A stretch of 64,000 bases of DNA from the NCBI RefSeq assembly GCF_963921235.1, contig NC_086100.1:204292001-204356000 (forward strand), given 5' to 3'. The DNA comes from Mobula hypostoma. Lineage: Eukaryota. Made by a program: the position numbers and the translations under genes. The notes beneath the pieces were generated by a model. The model saw only the letters and a program-made list of their open reading frames with translations. It had not been told where the DNA came from and did no database searches. Positions 12,601-24,349 of the stretch are shown here, piece after piece (the stretch's first letter is position 1; each line of letters starts with the position of its first letter).

Positions 12601-14400
12601 TCCAAAATTCCTTGTTAAGAGCATAAAATGAGCTTTTTGCGTATATGCCTTCAGAAATCAGAGCACTGAGTACACGAAATGAATGTTTTGTTGCTGTGAT
12701 GAAAAACGTTAATGATATCCAGCTTAGAGTGTTGCGTGCAGTACAAGTTACTTATCTACTGGAACATATTAAAATAAGCTTGAAAGATTACATAGAACAA
12801 TTAGAATGATCCCATTTTGGGTGAGAGGGAAAGATTCAATAGGTCTTTTCTCACCCAAACTGAGGCTCTCTCCCCTTAACGTGCGTGGGAGGAGAACAAG
12901 CAGTCAGATGTTAAGGGTGCAAGGGGACCACGAGAGGGAACTCCTTTACTCAGAGGACGGTGTAAGCGTGGGATGAGTAGCCAGAAGAAATGGAGGTTGC
13001 AGTTTCAATCGCAAGATTTAGGAGACACTTGGGCGGGTACATGAATGGAAGGTGTATGAAAGGCTATGGTTCTACTGCAGGTAGTTGGGACTAGGCCGTA
13101 AAGCAGATCGGCAGAGATTGGAAGAGCAGGGAGTCTACTTATGTGTGTGATGTTCATTAACTGTACATCCCAACCCTCAGAATCCTCTCCAGTAAGTTCC
13201 TTACCCCTGAACTGAGACTCAGCAGTGTATATTTTCCAGGATTATCCATCCCCTTTCAGGAATAATAGAATACAATTCGTCACTATTTTTCTGGTACCTT
13301 TCTTGTGGCTAGAGAGGGCTCAAATATACTGGTCAAGTTTGCAGTATCTAATCTAATTTCCTGCCCCTCTCAATAATCTGCTGTAAATACCGCCTGGCAC
13401 TGAAAGATTATCCTCTTTGTGGTTCTTTAAGAGACATAACACTACCTCCTTTCTGGTCCTGTACTTAATCAAATGTAAAAGACACGGTTGAGAACTGTAG
13501 GATACGAAAGGTTTAATCAATGACTCTTACAGCAGGGGAAATCCCTTCAGACCCTGAGCCCATACGACTGAGATGTACATCTGGCGAATTTCTGTCCCAG
13601 AGGATTCCGGACAAAGACATGAAGACAGAAATATTTTGATTGTCAGCGAATCGCCATGGTAGGGGTGAGCCGAACGGCCAGTGTCAATGCTGTAACGGAA
13701 GATTCTCTTCCAAAACGTCGACTCTATTCCTCTCAATAGATGCTGCCTGACTTGCTATGTTTCTTGAAATGTTGTATTTAGTTCTGGGTAGCATTCTATA
13801 TAAATGATGTTTTGTTCTGGAAGACTGAAGAGGAAATTCACCAGGATTGGTGCTTATATCATGGGATGTGTTGTTAAACAAGATGGTCCTGGGATCCCAG
13901 TTCGTAACTCCTGTAAAGTGGCTGCATGGGTCGGTAAGGGTGGCTTAGGGCCTGTTTGTCTTTAGCAATCGAGACACTGAGTTCCAATGTCAGGTAGAGT
14001 TCTTGCAGTTTTATAAATTTCGAGTCCAACCGCATCTGGAGTATTGTATTCAATTGTTCGGAAAATGTGGAGGTTTTGATCGGTGAGTCGAAGAGTCTTC
14101 AGAGCATGCATCCTGGATAGAGAGAGATTGGAGAATCTAGGAATATTTTATCTTGAACGCCAAATGCTGAGGCAGGTCTGACTGAAATTTACAGGTATAT
14201 GAAAGGCACGGACAGAGTGGACAGCCGGTATTTTTCCCTGAAGATGAAATGCCTAAAACCAGAGGGCATGTTCGGAAGATGAAAGGGGGGACACTGCCTA
14301 TGAAGGAATTTACAGGGCTCAGGATAATGTGTGACTGATGCATGTTGTAGTAGAAGCGAACAGAAAATGTCGATATGATAAAGGGGAGTGTGGAAAAACA
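12600..14400. mobile_element. Several old CR1 relics (about 12600-13160 +, 13165-13460 -, 13860-14400 +) and a degenerate Penelope-type short repeat (about 13690-13790)
   Basis: Diverged matches to the CR1 3' region (e.g. ccgcatctggagtattgt, tttactcagaggacggtg) and to the aaacgtcgact..gatgctgcctgacttgct repeat. Confidence 0.6.
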
Positions 14401-14419
14401 AGTTTTATTAAAACATAGA

Positions 14420-16850
14420 GCAAGATGCTGAGCTAATTACTAACCACCCTCTCCCGGCTGCTGGCCTTGCTTTGAAAGCTACTTGCATTCAGACTCACAA
14501 ATGCTTATATTTTTACATCGGTTTACCTTATCAGGAATCCTTGAATTGAAGCCTATGGATGTCGAAAAGGGAGCATTATGGACTGCGTAATTCAGAATCG
14601 CCGCTCTCTGAGAGACGATTCTCACGTGGCCACGGAAATAAAAGACCATCGAATATGGTCTGGGACGGAGCGTTGTTTGAATTCCCTAACAATATCAATA
14701 TTTGAGTACGAATGTTCTTTGATTTCCCCTGACAATTTTTGTGACGAGGATGGGATCCCTTTAAACAGGATGTAGTGAACCCGTCACCGCGAAATTGGCT
14801 CTCGGAAGGATATGAGGCCGCCTGTGAGACTGCCCGGAAAGACGGGATTTAACACCGGGACTGTGCCAGAAAGAGTTACCCGTGAGATTGCAAAATAAAA
14901 CTGATCCTCTTTGGGACCCAGATATTCCCTGTCCCAGATGTTCAATCAGCGGATTGTACATGTGGATAACTGGGGCGCGGGAAAATATTGACATCTGTTA
15001 AGTAAGATTTAAGACTAAAAGTGATGGGTAACCGTCCTGGTATGTTGGCGGCCCGACCAAAGGTACACCGACTGCGCATTACGAGCGATGCCGGAGCGAT
15101 GCTAAAACGAAAATACCGGTAAACGGCCCGACGATGAAGACAATCGAAACGTACAGGAAGACAAAGATTTGGTGGTTCCCCCAAGATCGCCCGCCGATAA
15201 GGTTTGTTTGAAAACAGGGTACAGCAAGTACTCTGTAACATTTTCAAGTGATTTGTATGATTGAAGTCAAGGGATTGGAATTATGGGGGTGCTTTCGACC
15301 TGCTAAAACTAAAATATTGGAAGAAAACGGCTGTTCAGGTAGCGGGGATCGCACTTGGGCCTCGATTATATGGTGTGGTGTTTTAACAAAAACAGAAGAG
15401 GTTGTCAAGCAAAGCAGAACAACCTGAAAAGGAATTTAACAAGTGAACTATTTCTAACAAAAAAAATCATGGCGCCGACAGCGGCGGCTCCGGGACCCGC
15501 GAACAGCATCCGGCTGCTTCTGCTCCTTCTATCCATCTCAAGACCTCTCAGAGGTCAGTGAAGTAGCAGCAGCCGTCCAACAGCGGCCCCGACAACCGCC
15601 TGCCGGGGCGCTCTCTACGTCGGCTATTGTTTCCGCGGCCGGTAGAGCTGGGATGTAACGGTTCCCTGAATTAACTCCTATAAGCTGGCGACAGACACGG
15701 CAGACAACAAGATCAAAGGGAATACGCGCTAAGGCGGCAGATAGCCCTACCAGGGGCTATACCATTCAGTTTCCCCGAATAATGGTGGGAGAAATCCCAA
15801 TTCTAAAGACCTGGATCTCGGCTGGGGTGCGTAATATGTTTCGTTAATCCCCTGACCCGGTAGGGAAACCAGTGGCATTCCATAATTTGCTCTCTCAGAC
15901 TTGTCAAATTTTCCAGCCGCTGCCCAGGAACTTGCGCGCACTCCTCAGGGTTATGTATGGAACTCTTGGGCAGGACAGAGAGCAGGTTCCCCCTTCCCAG
16001 ACAGACTCCAGAAGACGACTGGGATACACCAGAGGGGGACGATGTAAGGCGACCCACAGGTCGCTGACAGAACTGAACCCATATTAATGACAGACCAACA
16101 ACAAGGGGATTTTGCCGAGATTACCTCATGTCTGCAGATAAAAGAAGACTCTCTTGCGGTCTTTATACTCTTTTAAAGGATACTCGGGTGTCCAACAGCG
16201 GCCTCGACAACCACCTTAAAGATACCACTAGACCATGTGAAGGTCACGTAAGGACGCTTGGAGAGGCGGGCAGAAAAACCCAAAAACAAATAGAAGCAGA
16301 CCTACCTCAGCCGGGTGAGGGAAACACCCAACATTTTAATGCAGGATATATGGAGTAAGGACGATGAACATGAATTCTCGCGCCCCCCCACCCCCGCCGC
16401 AGGTGTAAAAGGCTATCCAAGTGCGACTGGCCACTAATACTGCATTCAAACTTGAAGGAAGACCCGATTGCGTTCACAGCGGGGATCCCGGGAAAGAATA
16501 AGGCGGAAGAGCGAAGGCTGCCAGATAAAAGGCAGTGTGAAGTCAAACGAGAGAGGAAGGAAAAGGGGTGGATCTGAAAGGTCCTATGAGGACAAAACGT
16601 TCAGCGTGAGTGTAAGGACCAGACCAGAGTTTCGCAACGGGTTGGTACCGCCACGAAGGGGGCGGTTACGTATCCTAATGGGACGTTGGGGAAATAGGAG
16701 TGGTCCCGGAGCGGTCAAGATTATGGGGGGTTGGGGCGGTAACTGGTATCAAGTTGCTTTCGGGGGGTGTTTAGCTAAAAAATGTTGGAAAACAATGGAC
16801 TAGAGTGATTTTAGGGACGGGAGTGTATTATAGGAGCTGTAAAATCTTAC
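14420..16850 (+). mobile_element. Decayed class I (gamma/epsilon-like) endogenous retrovirus: LTR end, tRNA-Ser PBS, gag relic
   Basis: AATAAA at about 14637; LTR-like end ..CTGACA at 14734; PBS TTGTGACGAGGATGGGAT at 14739-14756; MA-like DWNYGGAFDLLKL at about 15273; CA-like QFPRIMVG..KTW..PDPVGKPVAF..CQIFQPLPRNLRALL at 15767-15945; MHR-like DFAEITSCLQIKEDS at about 16108. Confidence 0.62.
14739..14756 (+). promoter_or_regulatory. Primer binding site complementary to the 3' end of tRNA-Ser(GCT)
   Basis: 16/18 match to TGGCGACGAGGATGGGAT (reverse complement of the vertebrate tRNA-Ser-GCT 3' end plus CCA, from memory), 4 nt after a CA. Confidence 0.7.
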
Positions 16851-16852
16851 CT

Positions 16853-18330
16853 AGAAAAAGAAATCAAACATAGAAACTTGGAAAATAAGTGCAGGAATAG
16901 GCTATTCGGCCCTTCGAGCCTGCACCGCCATTCAATATGATCATGGCTGATCATCCAACTCAGAACCCTGTACCAGCCTTCCCTCCATACCCCCTGATCC
17001 CTTTAGCCACAAGGGCCATATCTAACTCCCTCTTAAATATAGCTAATGAACTGGCCTCAACTGTTTCCTGTGGCAGAGAATTCCACAGATTCACCACTCT
17101 CTGTGTGAAGAAGTTTTTCCTAATCTCGGTCCTAAAAGGCTTCCCCTTTATCCTCAGCCTGTGACCCCTCGTTCTGGACTTCCCCAACATCGGGAACAAT
17201 CTTCCTGCATCTAGCCTGTCCAATCCCTTTAGGACTTTATACGTTTCAATAAAATCCCCCCTAAATCTTCTAAATTCCAACTAGTATAAGTCTAGTCGAT
17301 CCAGTCTTTCATCATATGAAAGTCCTGCCATTCCAGGAATCAATCTGGTGAACTATGGCAAGGATGTCTTTCCTCAGATTAGGGGACCAAAACTGCACAC
17401 AATACTCCAAGTGTGGTCTCACCAAGGCCTTGTACAACTGCAGTAGTACCTCCCTGCTCCTGCACTCAAATCCTCTTGCTCTGAATGCCAGCAAACCATT
17501 CGCCTTTTTCACCACCTGCTGTACCTGCATGCCCACTTTCAATGACTGGTGTATAATGACACCCAGGTCTCGTTGCACCTCCCCTTTTCCTAATCGGCTA
17601 CCATTCAAATAATAATCTGTTTTCTGTTTTTGCCACCAAAGTGGATAACTTCACATTTATCCACATTAAATTGCATCTGCCATGAATTCGCCCACTCACC
17701 TAACCTATCCAAGTCATCCTGCATCCTCTTAGCATCCTCCTCACAGCTAACACTGCCGCCCAGCTTCGTGTCATCCGCAAACTTGGAGATGCTGCATTTA
17801 ATTCCCTCATCTAAGTTATTAATATATATTGTAAACAACTGGGGTCCCAGCACTGATCCTTGCCGTACCCCACTAGTCACTGCCTGCCATTCTGAAAAGG
17901 TCCCGTTTATTGCCACTCTTTGCTTCCTGTCTGCCAACCAATTCTCTATCCACATCAATACCTTACCCCCAGTACCGTTGCTTTAAGTTTGCACACTAAT
18001 CTCCTCTATGGGACCTTGTCAAAAACCTTTTGAAAATCCAAACATACCACATCCACTGGTTCTCCCCTATCCACTCTACTAGTTACATCCTCAAAAAATT
18101 CTGAGATTCGTCAGACATGATTTTCCTTTCACAAATCCATGCTGACTTTGTCCGATGATTTCACCGCTTTCCAAATGTGCTGTTATTACAACTTTGATAA
18201 CTGACTCTAGCATTTTCCCCACCACCGATGCTAGGCTAACCAGTCTATAATTCTCCGGTTTCTCCCTCCCTCCTTTTTTAAAAAGTGGGGTTACTTTAGC
18301 CACCCTCCAATCCTCAGGAACAAGTCCAGA
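16853..18330 (-). mobile_element. CR1 LINE 3' part
   Basis: NYRLVSLASVVGK, GVRQGSVLGP, FADDTK, C-terminus GYGGKAGTGF, 3' tail. Confidence 0.93.
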
Positions 18331-19056
18331 ATAATCTGTGGCTGTTAGGATACTACAAAGAGAGAAATAGTATTGGTCCCCGAAGCTGGATACAAAGATA
18401 GAGGAGCCTTCTGGGAACAGAAAATGTTTGGACAGGCAAGGAATGGTGTGGAGAACAGAGGGAGGAGAAGATATAACGGGATGTAGGGTTACTGGATTTT
18501 ACAGGGATATGAGGCGTGTGAGGAATTGGAAGGAAATACGGAGATAGGGAGATCAGAAGAGCTGGAAGACATTAATCGATTTTTAAAAATGGAATATGAG
18601 CTAGGTAGGTTTAAAAGTAAGGGGCACGGTGTTGGGACTAGAGGATTGCAGACATCTGGAATGGTGGAGGTGAGCTATATGGTAACAGTGACAGGTAGGC
18701 ATGCTGGGGCTGAGGGGTTACAGAGATTAGGAGAGATGTAAGAGCTTTAAGGTGTTACACAGCTAGTAAGGTTTGTGCGCATGAAAATGTTTTACGGAGA
18801 TAAGTACGAGCTTATATTCCGGAGCAGGTCGTTAAATAGGGAGTGATGTCGAGACGGGCCAGTCTTAAAGAAACAGGAGATTTCATTGCAACATGGCGTA
18901 ACAAAGTTATGAACGGGTGCAGGCGGTGGTAGGCAGCGGCAAATATTGTAATGCGTGGAAAGGATGGAGGGCAGAGAAAGGCCAAGCGGGCATAATATAT
19001 ATCGAAATGGCTGCCAAGGACAGCAGGTGTTAAGAAGACAGGGACAGGTGAAAGTT

Positions 19057-20335
19057 CAGCATTTACGAAGGGGAAATCATGCTTGACTAATCTTCGGGAG
19101 TTTTTTGAGAATATAACTATGAAAATGGACATGGGAAAGCCAGTGGATGTAGTGTACCTGGACTTTGAGAAAGTCTTTGATAAGGTCCCACATAGGAGGT
19201 TAGTGTGCAAAATTAGAGCAAATGGTATTGGGGGTAGGGGACTAACATGGATAGAAAATTGGTTGGCAGACAGGAAACAAAGAGTAGGGATTAATGGGTC
19301 CTTTTCAGAATGGCAGACAGTGACTAGTGGGGTACCGCAAGTTTCGGTGCTCGGACCACAGCTATTTACAATATATATTAATGATTTAGATGAAGGGATT
19401 AAAAGTAACATTAGTAAATTTGCAGATGACACAAAGCTGGGTGGCAGTGTGAAATGTGAGGAGGATGTTATGAGAATGCGGGGTGACTTGGGCAGGTTGG
19501 GTGAGTGGGTAGATGCAGTTTAATGTGGATAAATGTGAGGTTATCCACTTTGGTGGCAAGAACAGGAAGGTAGATTACTGTCTAAATGGTATCAAGCTAG
19601 GAACTGGGGATGTACATCGAGATCTAGGTGTACTTGTTCATCAGTCACTAAAAGTAAGCATGCAGGTACAGCAGGCAGTGAAGGAAGCTAATGGCATGCT
19701 GGCCTTCATAACAAGGGGAATTGAGTAAAGGAGCAAAGAGGTCCTTCTGCAGTTGTACAGGGCCTTGGTGAGACCACACCTGGAATATTGTGTACAGTTT
19801 TGGTCTCCAAATTTGAGGAAGGACATTCGAGCTATTGAGGGAGTGCAGCAGAGATTCACGATGTTAATTCCCGGGATGGCGGGACTGTCATATGTTGAAA
19901 GATTGGAGCGACTGCGGTTGTATACACTGGAATTTAGAAGGATGAGAGGGGATCTGATTGAAACATATAAGATTAATAAGGGATTGGACACGCTAGAGGC
20001 AGGAAGCATATTCCCGATGTTGGGGGAGTCCAGAACCAGAGGCCACAGTTTAAGAATAGGGAGTAGACAATTTAGAACAGAGTTGAGGAAAACCTTTTTC
20101 ACCCAGAGGGTTGTGGTTCTGTGGAATGCTCTGCCTCATAAGGCTGTGGAGGCCAATTCTCTGGATTCTTTCAAAAAAGAGTTAGATAGAGCTCTTAAAG
20201 ATAGCGGAGTGAAGGGATATGGGGATAAGGCAGGAAAAGGGTACTGATTGTGGATGATCAGCCATGATCACAGTGAATGGTGGTACTGGCTCAATGGGCT
20301 GAATGGCCTACTCCTGCACCTATTGTCTATTTGCT
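19057..20335 (+). mobile_element. CR1 LINE 3' part (different subfamily)
   Basis: DFEKVFDKVPH, FADDTK, C-terminus GYGDKAGKGY; frameshift and stop. Confidence 0.93.
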
Positions 20336-20339
20336 TTCA

Positions 20340-20830
20340 AGTATAGGGAGGATACATGATCGAGAGAAACATATACAGAAGGATACTGGAAAAGGCCAAC
20401 AATATCATAAAGAATTCCATCTGTCTATGGACTGTTTGTCCCACAGCTATCAAGAAAGAGGCAATATGCCATATACAACAGGAACACCAGACTCAAAAAC
20501 AGCTGGTTTCTTAAAACCTTACAGCTCATAAATACATCCATCCGCTAACCTACTCAAACATAACACTAAGTACTACTATTTAATCATTTACAGATAGAGA
20601 CAGCTGATATACGAACACTGCTAGACCGAGCGTCACTTTATGCACAGTGCATAAAATCAATGTATACAAGCTACCTTATGCTTTTATATTTACTGATTTT
20701 TATTTTAGAGTTCTCTCTCTCTCATTTTTTCTGTTTTTTGTACTTCACCGGAACACAAATGTTCGTTCTCCGTTACATTGTGCACTGGAAATGATATTAA
20801 ACCGTGTAAAGTCTGAACCTTGAATCTGGA
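20340..20830 (+). mobile_element. Degraded Rex1/Babar-like LINE 3' end
   Basis: ..accagactcaaaaacagctggtttc (TRLKNSWF-like), AT-rich 3' UTR, ttgaatct-type tail. Confidence 0.5.
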
Positions 20831-20874
20831 GCGGAACCCTGACTGGAGACACGGCAGCCGTTTCTTGGTTCTAC

Positions 20875-22565
20875 TCAGAGCACGACTTTATTAATGAACT
20901 GAACCACTGAGGTGACCGGATACTTCACTGCGCTCTTCAGCCTCTCCCTGAACTTGAACTGAGTCACTGTGTAAATAAATGTGTTTGTGCAGCAGCTGAA
21001 GTTCTTCATCAAAATCCCAACATTGTGAAAAATCTGTTCAGAATCATTGAAATCAGATCCTGTCATCTGATAATAGACGAAATTTTGCAACCAACGTCAT
21101 CCATATTAGGATGAAGCTGCCGGAGAGGGCGAAGAGTAAAACCACAGACCTCCTCCTGCTCTCCATCTCCGGGTCACTGCGGTTCTCCCCTTTGCTCTGA
21201 CCCTTCAGCCCCTTACGGACCCGACTGGCCACTAAAATGTGCCTGATCGTCAGAGCATTCAGCATCAGAATTGCAGTGAAAGGCAGAAATGGAGTTAAAA
21301 GCGTATCGATCCAGTCGAAACCCACCCTCCCGGGGTCAATCCTATAACGCTCTATCATTTTACAAAACCACGGAGCATTATTGATAATCTCCTCGGGTTC
21401 CCGTATGAAGTAGGGAGGAACGTTTTTCAAGCAAAACAGTCCGCCGGTTGTTGTTGGAACCACTGCCGCAGTTTTCCCGTTGCAATATTTGAATTTCAGC
21501 TTCTGGCGACAAAACGATCAAAGCTGAAAGTGACGGTGAACCAGACAGAACAGTGAGTGGCTGTGAATGTCAGTACATCTAGAACATTGCACACACGGGT
21601 TAGGTTCAGGGAATTCCACTTCGGAAAATAATGCTAATCAATTTGATAGAACATGACCTCGGTCACGATACTCCGTCGATCGGCCGCTCCCATTGCCACC
21701 AGATAGCGAGTGCTGCAGGTGGAGAGGCCGCACTTTTCCCGGGAAAGGATCACAATCTCCACTAAATTCACTGAAAAGAGAGAGGAGAACAGACACTAGA
21801 GATTACTGAATGCATTGTTCGTCTCTAAACAAGTTATCGCCTTTCGGATAAAAACCAGGAATGCTGGAATCGCTGAGCAGCTGCAAATCAAACGACATCG
21901 GAGCCGGGTCCAACTGCTTCTCATCTGCTTCACTCGGGGGCGAGTTAAGAGGTTCGGTAGTGTAAACGGCAGGGGTAAAATGACCTGCCATGAGCAACAT
22001 TGCGCGGAATTTTCTATTTAGTACGAATCCTGATTCGAGTCTCTGATGAGGCCGAATTTACTGAATTAATTATGACTAACCCGGTCTCTTGAAGCTCAGT
22101 ATCTGATGGGACCCATGAGCGATCCACAGGGTTGAAAGGGATAACCCAGTAACAAGCGGGAGATTGTCTCCTTGAAAGGATTATTTCTGCAGGGCTATTC
22201 AATGGGCTAACACACGCCACAGACCCGTTGACATAAATTCTGTAGATCGGAAGCACAAGTATTACTCTGGGCAAGATGCCACGGAAGGCAAGAAAAATAT
22301 TCCGGTGGATCCCGAGAGTTAGAGGAATAAAAGATTTAGTTTCGGTTGCCGGAGCATGAGAAATATGAAAACTATGAATTAACAGGATTAATAGCTGAGG
22401 AATATTTGTGCAGCCTCATAAAATTGCAAACTTTTTAAATGATCACAAACAGATTCGCAGCGGTTAACACACAGAGATACCAAACATGCTCACTCACCAG
22501 GAACTCCAATGACGGCAATACAGTGTGTATAGTGTTTTTTCTTTACTGTAGTAACTATCCAACAT
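20875..22565 (-). pseudogene. GPR139-like GPCR pseudogene, copy B (exon 1 22498-22565, exon 2 20875-21770)
   Basis: Exon 1 MLDSYYSKEKTLYTL(+1 nt)IAVIGVP-G|GTGAGT; acceptor TTTTCAG; VNLVEIVILSREKCGLSTCSTRYLVAM..; TAG at 21634-21636; deletion after DRFVA at about 21505; frameshift at about 21090; NFSCCTNTFIY. Confidence 0.88.
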
Positions 22566-22619
22566 ATCATATATTTTCTCATCCCATTGATGTGTCCCGC
22601 CGAGTTACAAGAGATCTCT

Positions 22620-22950
22620 TGGAATAAGACCGTCCAAATAAAAAACAACTCAGAAAAATATACAATCCCCTTACTCTGAATATCCAAATTTATTCGGAAG
22701 TTCTTCCTTCCATTACAGATCACATCCATTTTAAAATCAGAGATACTGCCATCACAGTATCTTTAGTTAGCTGCTTTCCTAGTTTCACCTTCCAAACATA
22801 AAACTCAATCGAATGACTTTCCACCATTCCGAAAAGTACTCTGATAAAACGACATATCACCTCTATTTTCCAAAACATAATCCACAGACTGGATTACCAT
22901 ATGTTCCATAGTTTTACAGAACTGGGACATGAACAATACAGGTATGGCGA
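22620..22950 (-). mobile_element. I/Nimb-clade LINE RT fragment
   Basis: CKTMEHMVIQSVDYVLENRGDMSFYQSTFRNGGKSFD..LCLEGETRKA, resembling I-clade RT motifs. Confidence 0.65.
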
Positions 22951-22984
22951 CTCGCCCCTCGACAAGCGAACCGGCTCCAGCAGT

Positions 22985-23420
22985 CGTGGGGAGTCCGCAG
23001 TCAGCGGCAATCGAGGGGTGCTCTGAGTGCGGGGCAGACCTCAGCCCGGAAGCGACGTCACTTCTGCCCCGCAAAGAGCGGGGAATGCTGGGAGCGGGCA
23101 CTTAAGCGCACGTGGGAAAACAGTAACAGTTCAACCAGACCCTGCTCGATTCAGTGTGTTGGTTTCACTCGTTACATATCAGGGCGACTACATTGGTGAT
23201 CCCGACGGTCCAACGGCATTTGGACCCAGCATGAACGACTCGGCTTTGCAGAATGCAGTTTCCCGTAAGCTGCTAACCTACTGGACCACTCAACCCCTGG
23301 TCTGGTTCGAAAAGGCCGAGTTCCAGGTCAGGCAAATTATCTCAGACACCACCAGGTATTACTACGTGTGGGCTTCCTTGACCAGGAGACAGCGGATCGC
23401 GCTATCGACTTTCTACATTT
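22985..23420 (+). mobile_element. CsRN1-type Gypsy fragment: short LTR (about 22985-23192), tRNA-Trp PBS, gag start
   Basis: ..TACA-T-TGGTGATCCCGACG (PBS 23194-23207); ATG at 23231 MNDSALQNAVSRKLLTYWTTQPLVWFEKAEFQ..DTTRYYYV. Confidence 0.75.
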
Positions 23421-24349
23421 ACAATCCGTAATGTCAAAAACGGGTTGGTTTGGATTAATTTCAATAAGTTCCTACAAATACCGTAACTGGTTATTCCCAC
23501 AAAGATTGCAAGTGACATTGTCCATTATCTCGGTAAAGGAATCTAATTCATGATATTCACCATATAACATAAAACAATTTGGCTCTGATTGATTGGAATC
23601 TGTAAATGTTGTTACACATGCAACTACCTTGAACAGAAGAAAATCTATCAGTTGTGCAGCAGAACTTTATTTTTTGTCCTGGCATTTGCGTGCAAAAATA
23701 CACTTTCCCGATTTGTCATTAATTTACAGGAGGTATGTGAGTTTAGGAAACAATATTTTCAACGATTTACTTCTGCGGTCACTCTTTTCCCAACCCCTGG
23801 AAATAGGCGAGTTCCTCAGTGTCCTGTCAACCATCGAACCCGTTCGCTTCTTTAGTAGATTACGCCCTGATAACCTACAGTCTGTACCTTCCTTCACCAT
23901 AATAACATGAATATCAAGTCGCAATACTAAAATCTATAACCTGTTTGATCATTGTTTATGCCCCGTGGTTATTTATTATTCTCCTTCACCTCGCGTATTT
24001 ATTTTTGATGCTTCTTCTTTGTCACTGGTATAGAAGGACATCTTTCTAACCGGTGTAACCTCCCACCTTACATCGGGAATCCAGTTCCTTAGATCTGAAT
24101 TCGTGCGGCCTTGACGGAGTCCACGTTGACCCTGTGATAGGAAGCATTTAATGGCTGAAATGTTGGTGACACTTACTCTAGGAAGGAAGTGATTCATGTG
24201 AATATCTAATAAGCAGTTTTGTGAGTGAGAGGAGGTGTAAAAGAACTAAAGACTCATGCATTCCTAGATCAATTTGAAGGGCATCTTGGTGTTTGAGAGA
24301 TCATTAAATTTTAGTAGCACAGAGAGCTTTGAGCTCATGATAGAGTTGG

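Noticed and set aside
16853..20335. Inverted CR1 pair as a composite transposon around 18330-19056
   Set aside because: The two CR1s are different subfamilies with different truncation points; independent insertions are the simpler explanation.
22040..22065. CTGATGA hammerhead candidate in the GPCR B intron
   Set aside because: No GAAA box, no proper stem II and no stem I.
22490..22729. Extended in-frame N-terminus for GPCR B
   Set aside because: Comparison with copy A shows the homologous start at 22565 in another frame; the upstream part is Nimb-derived sequence.
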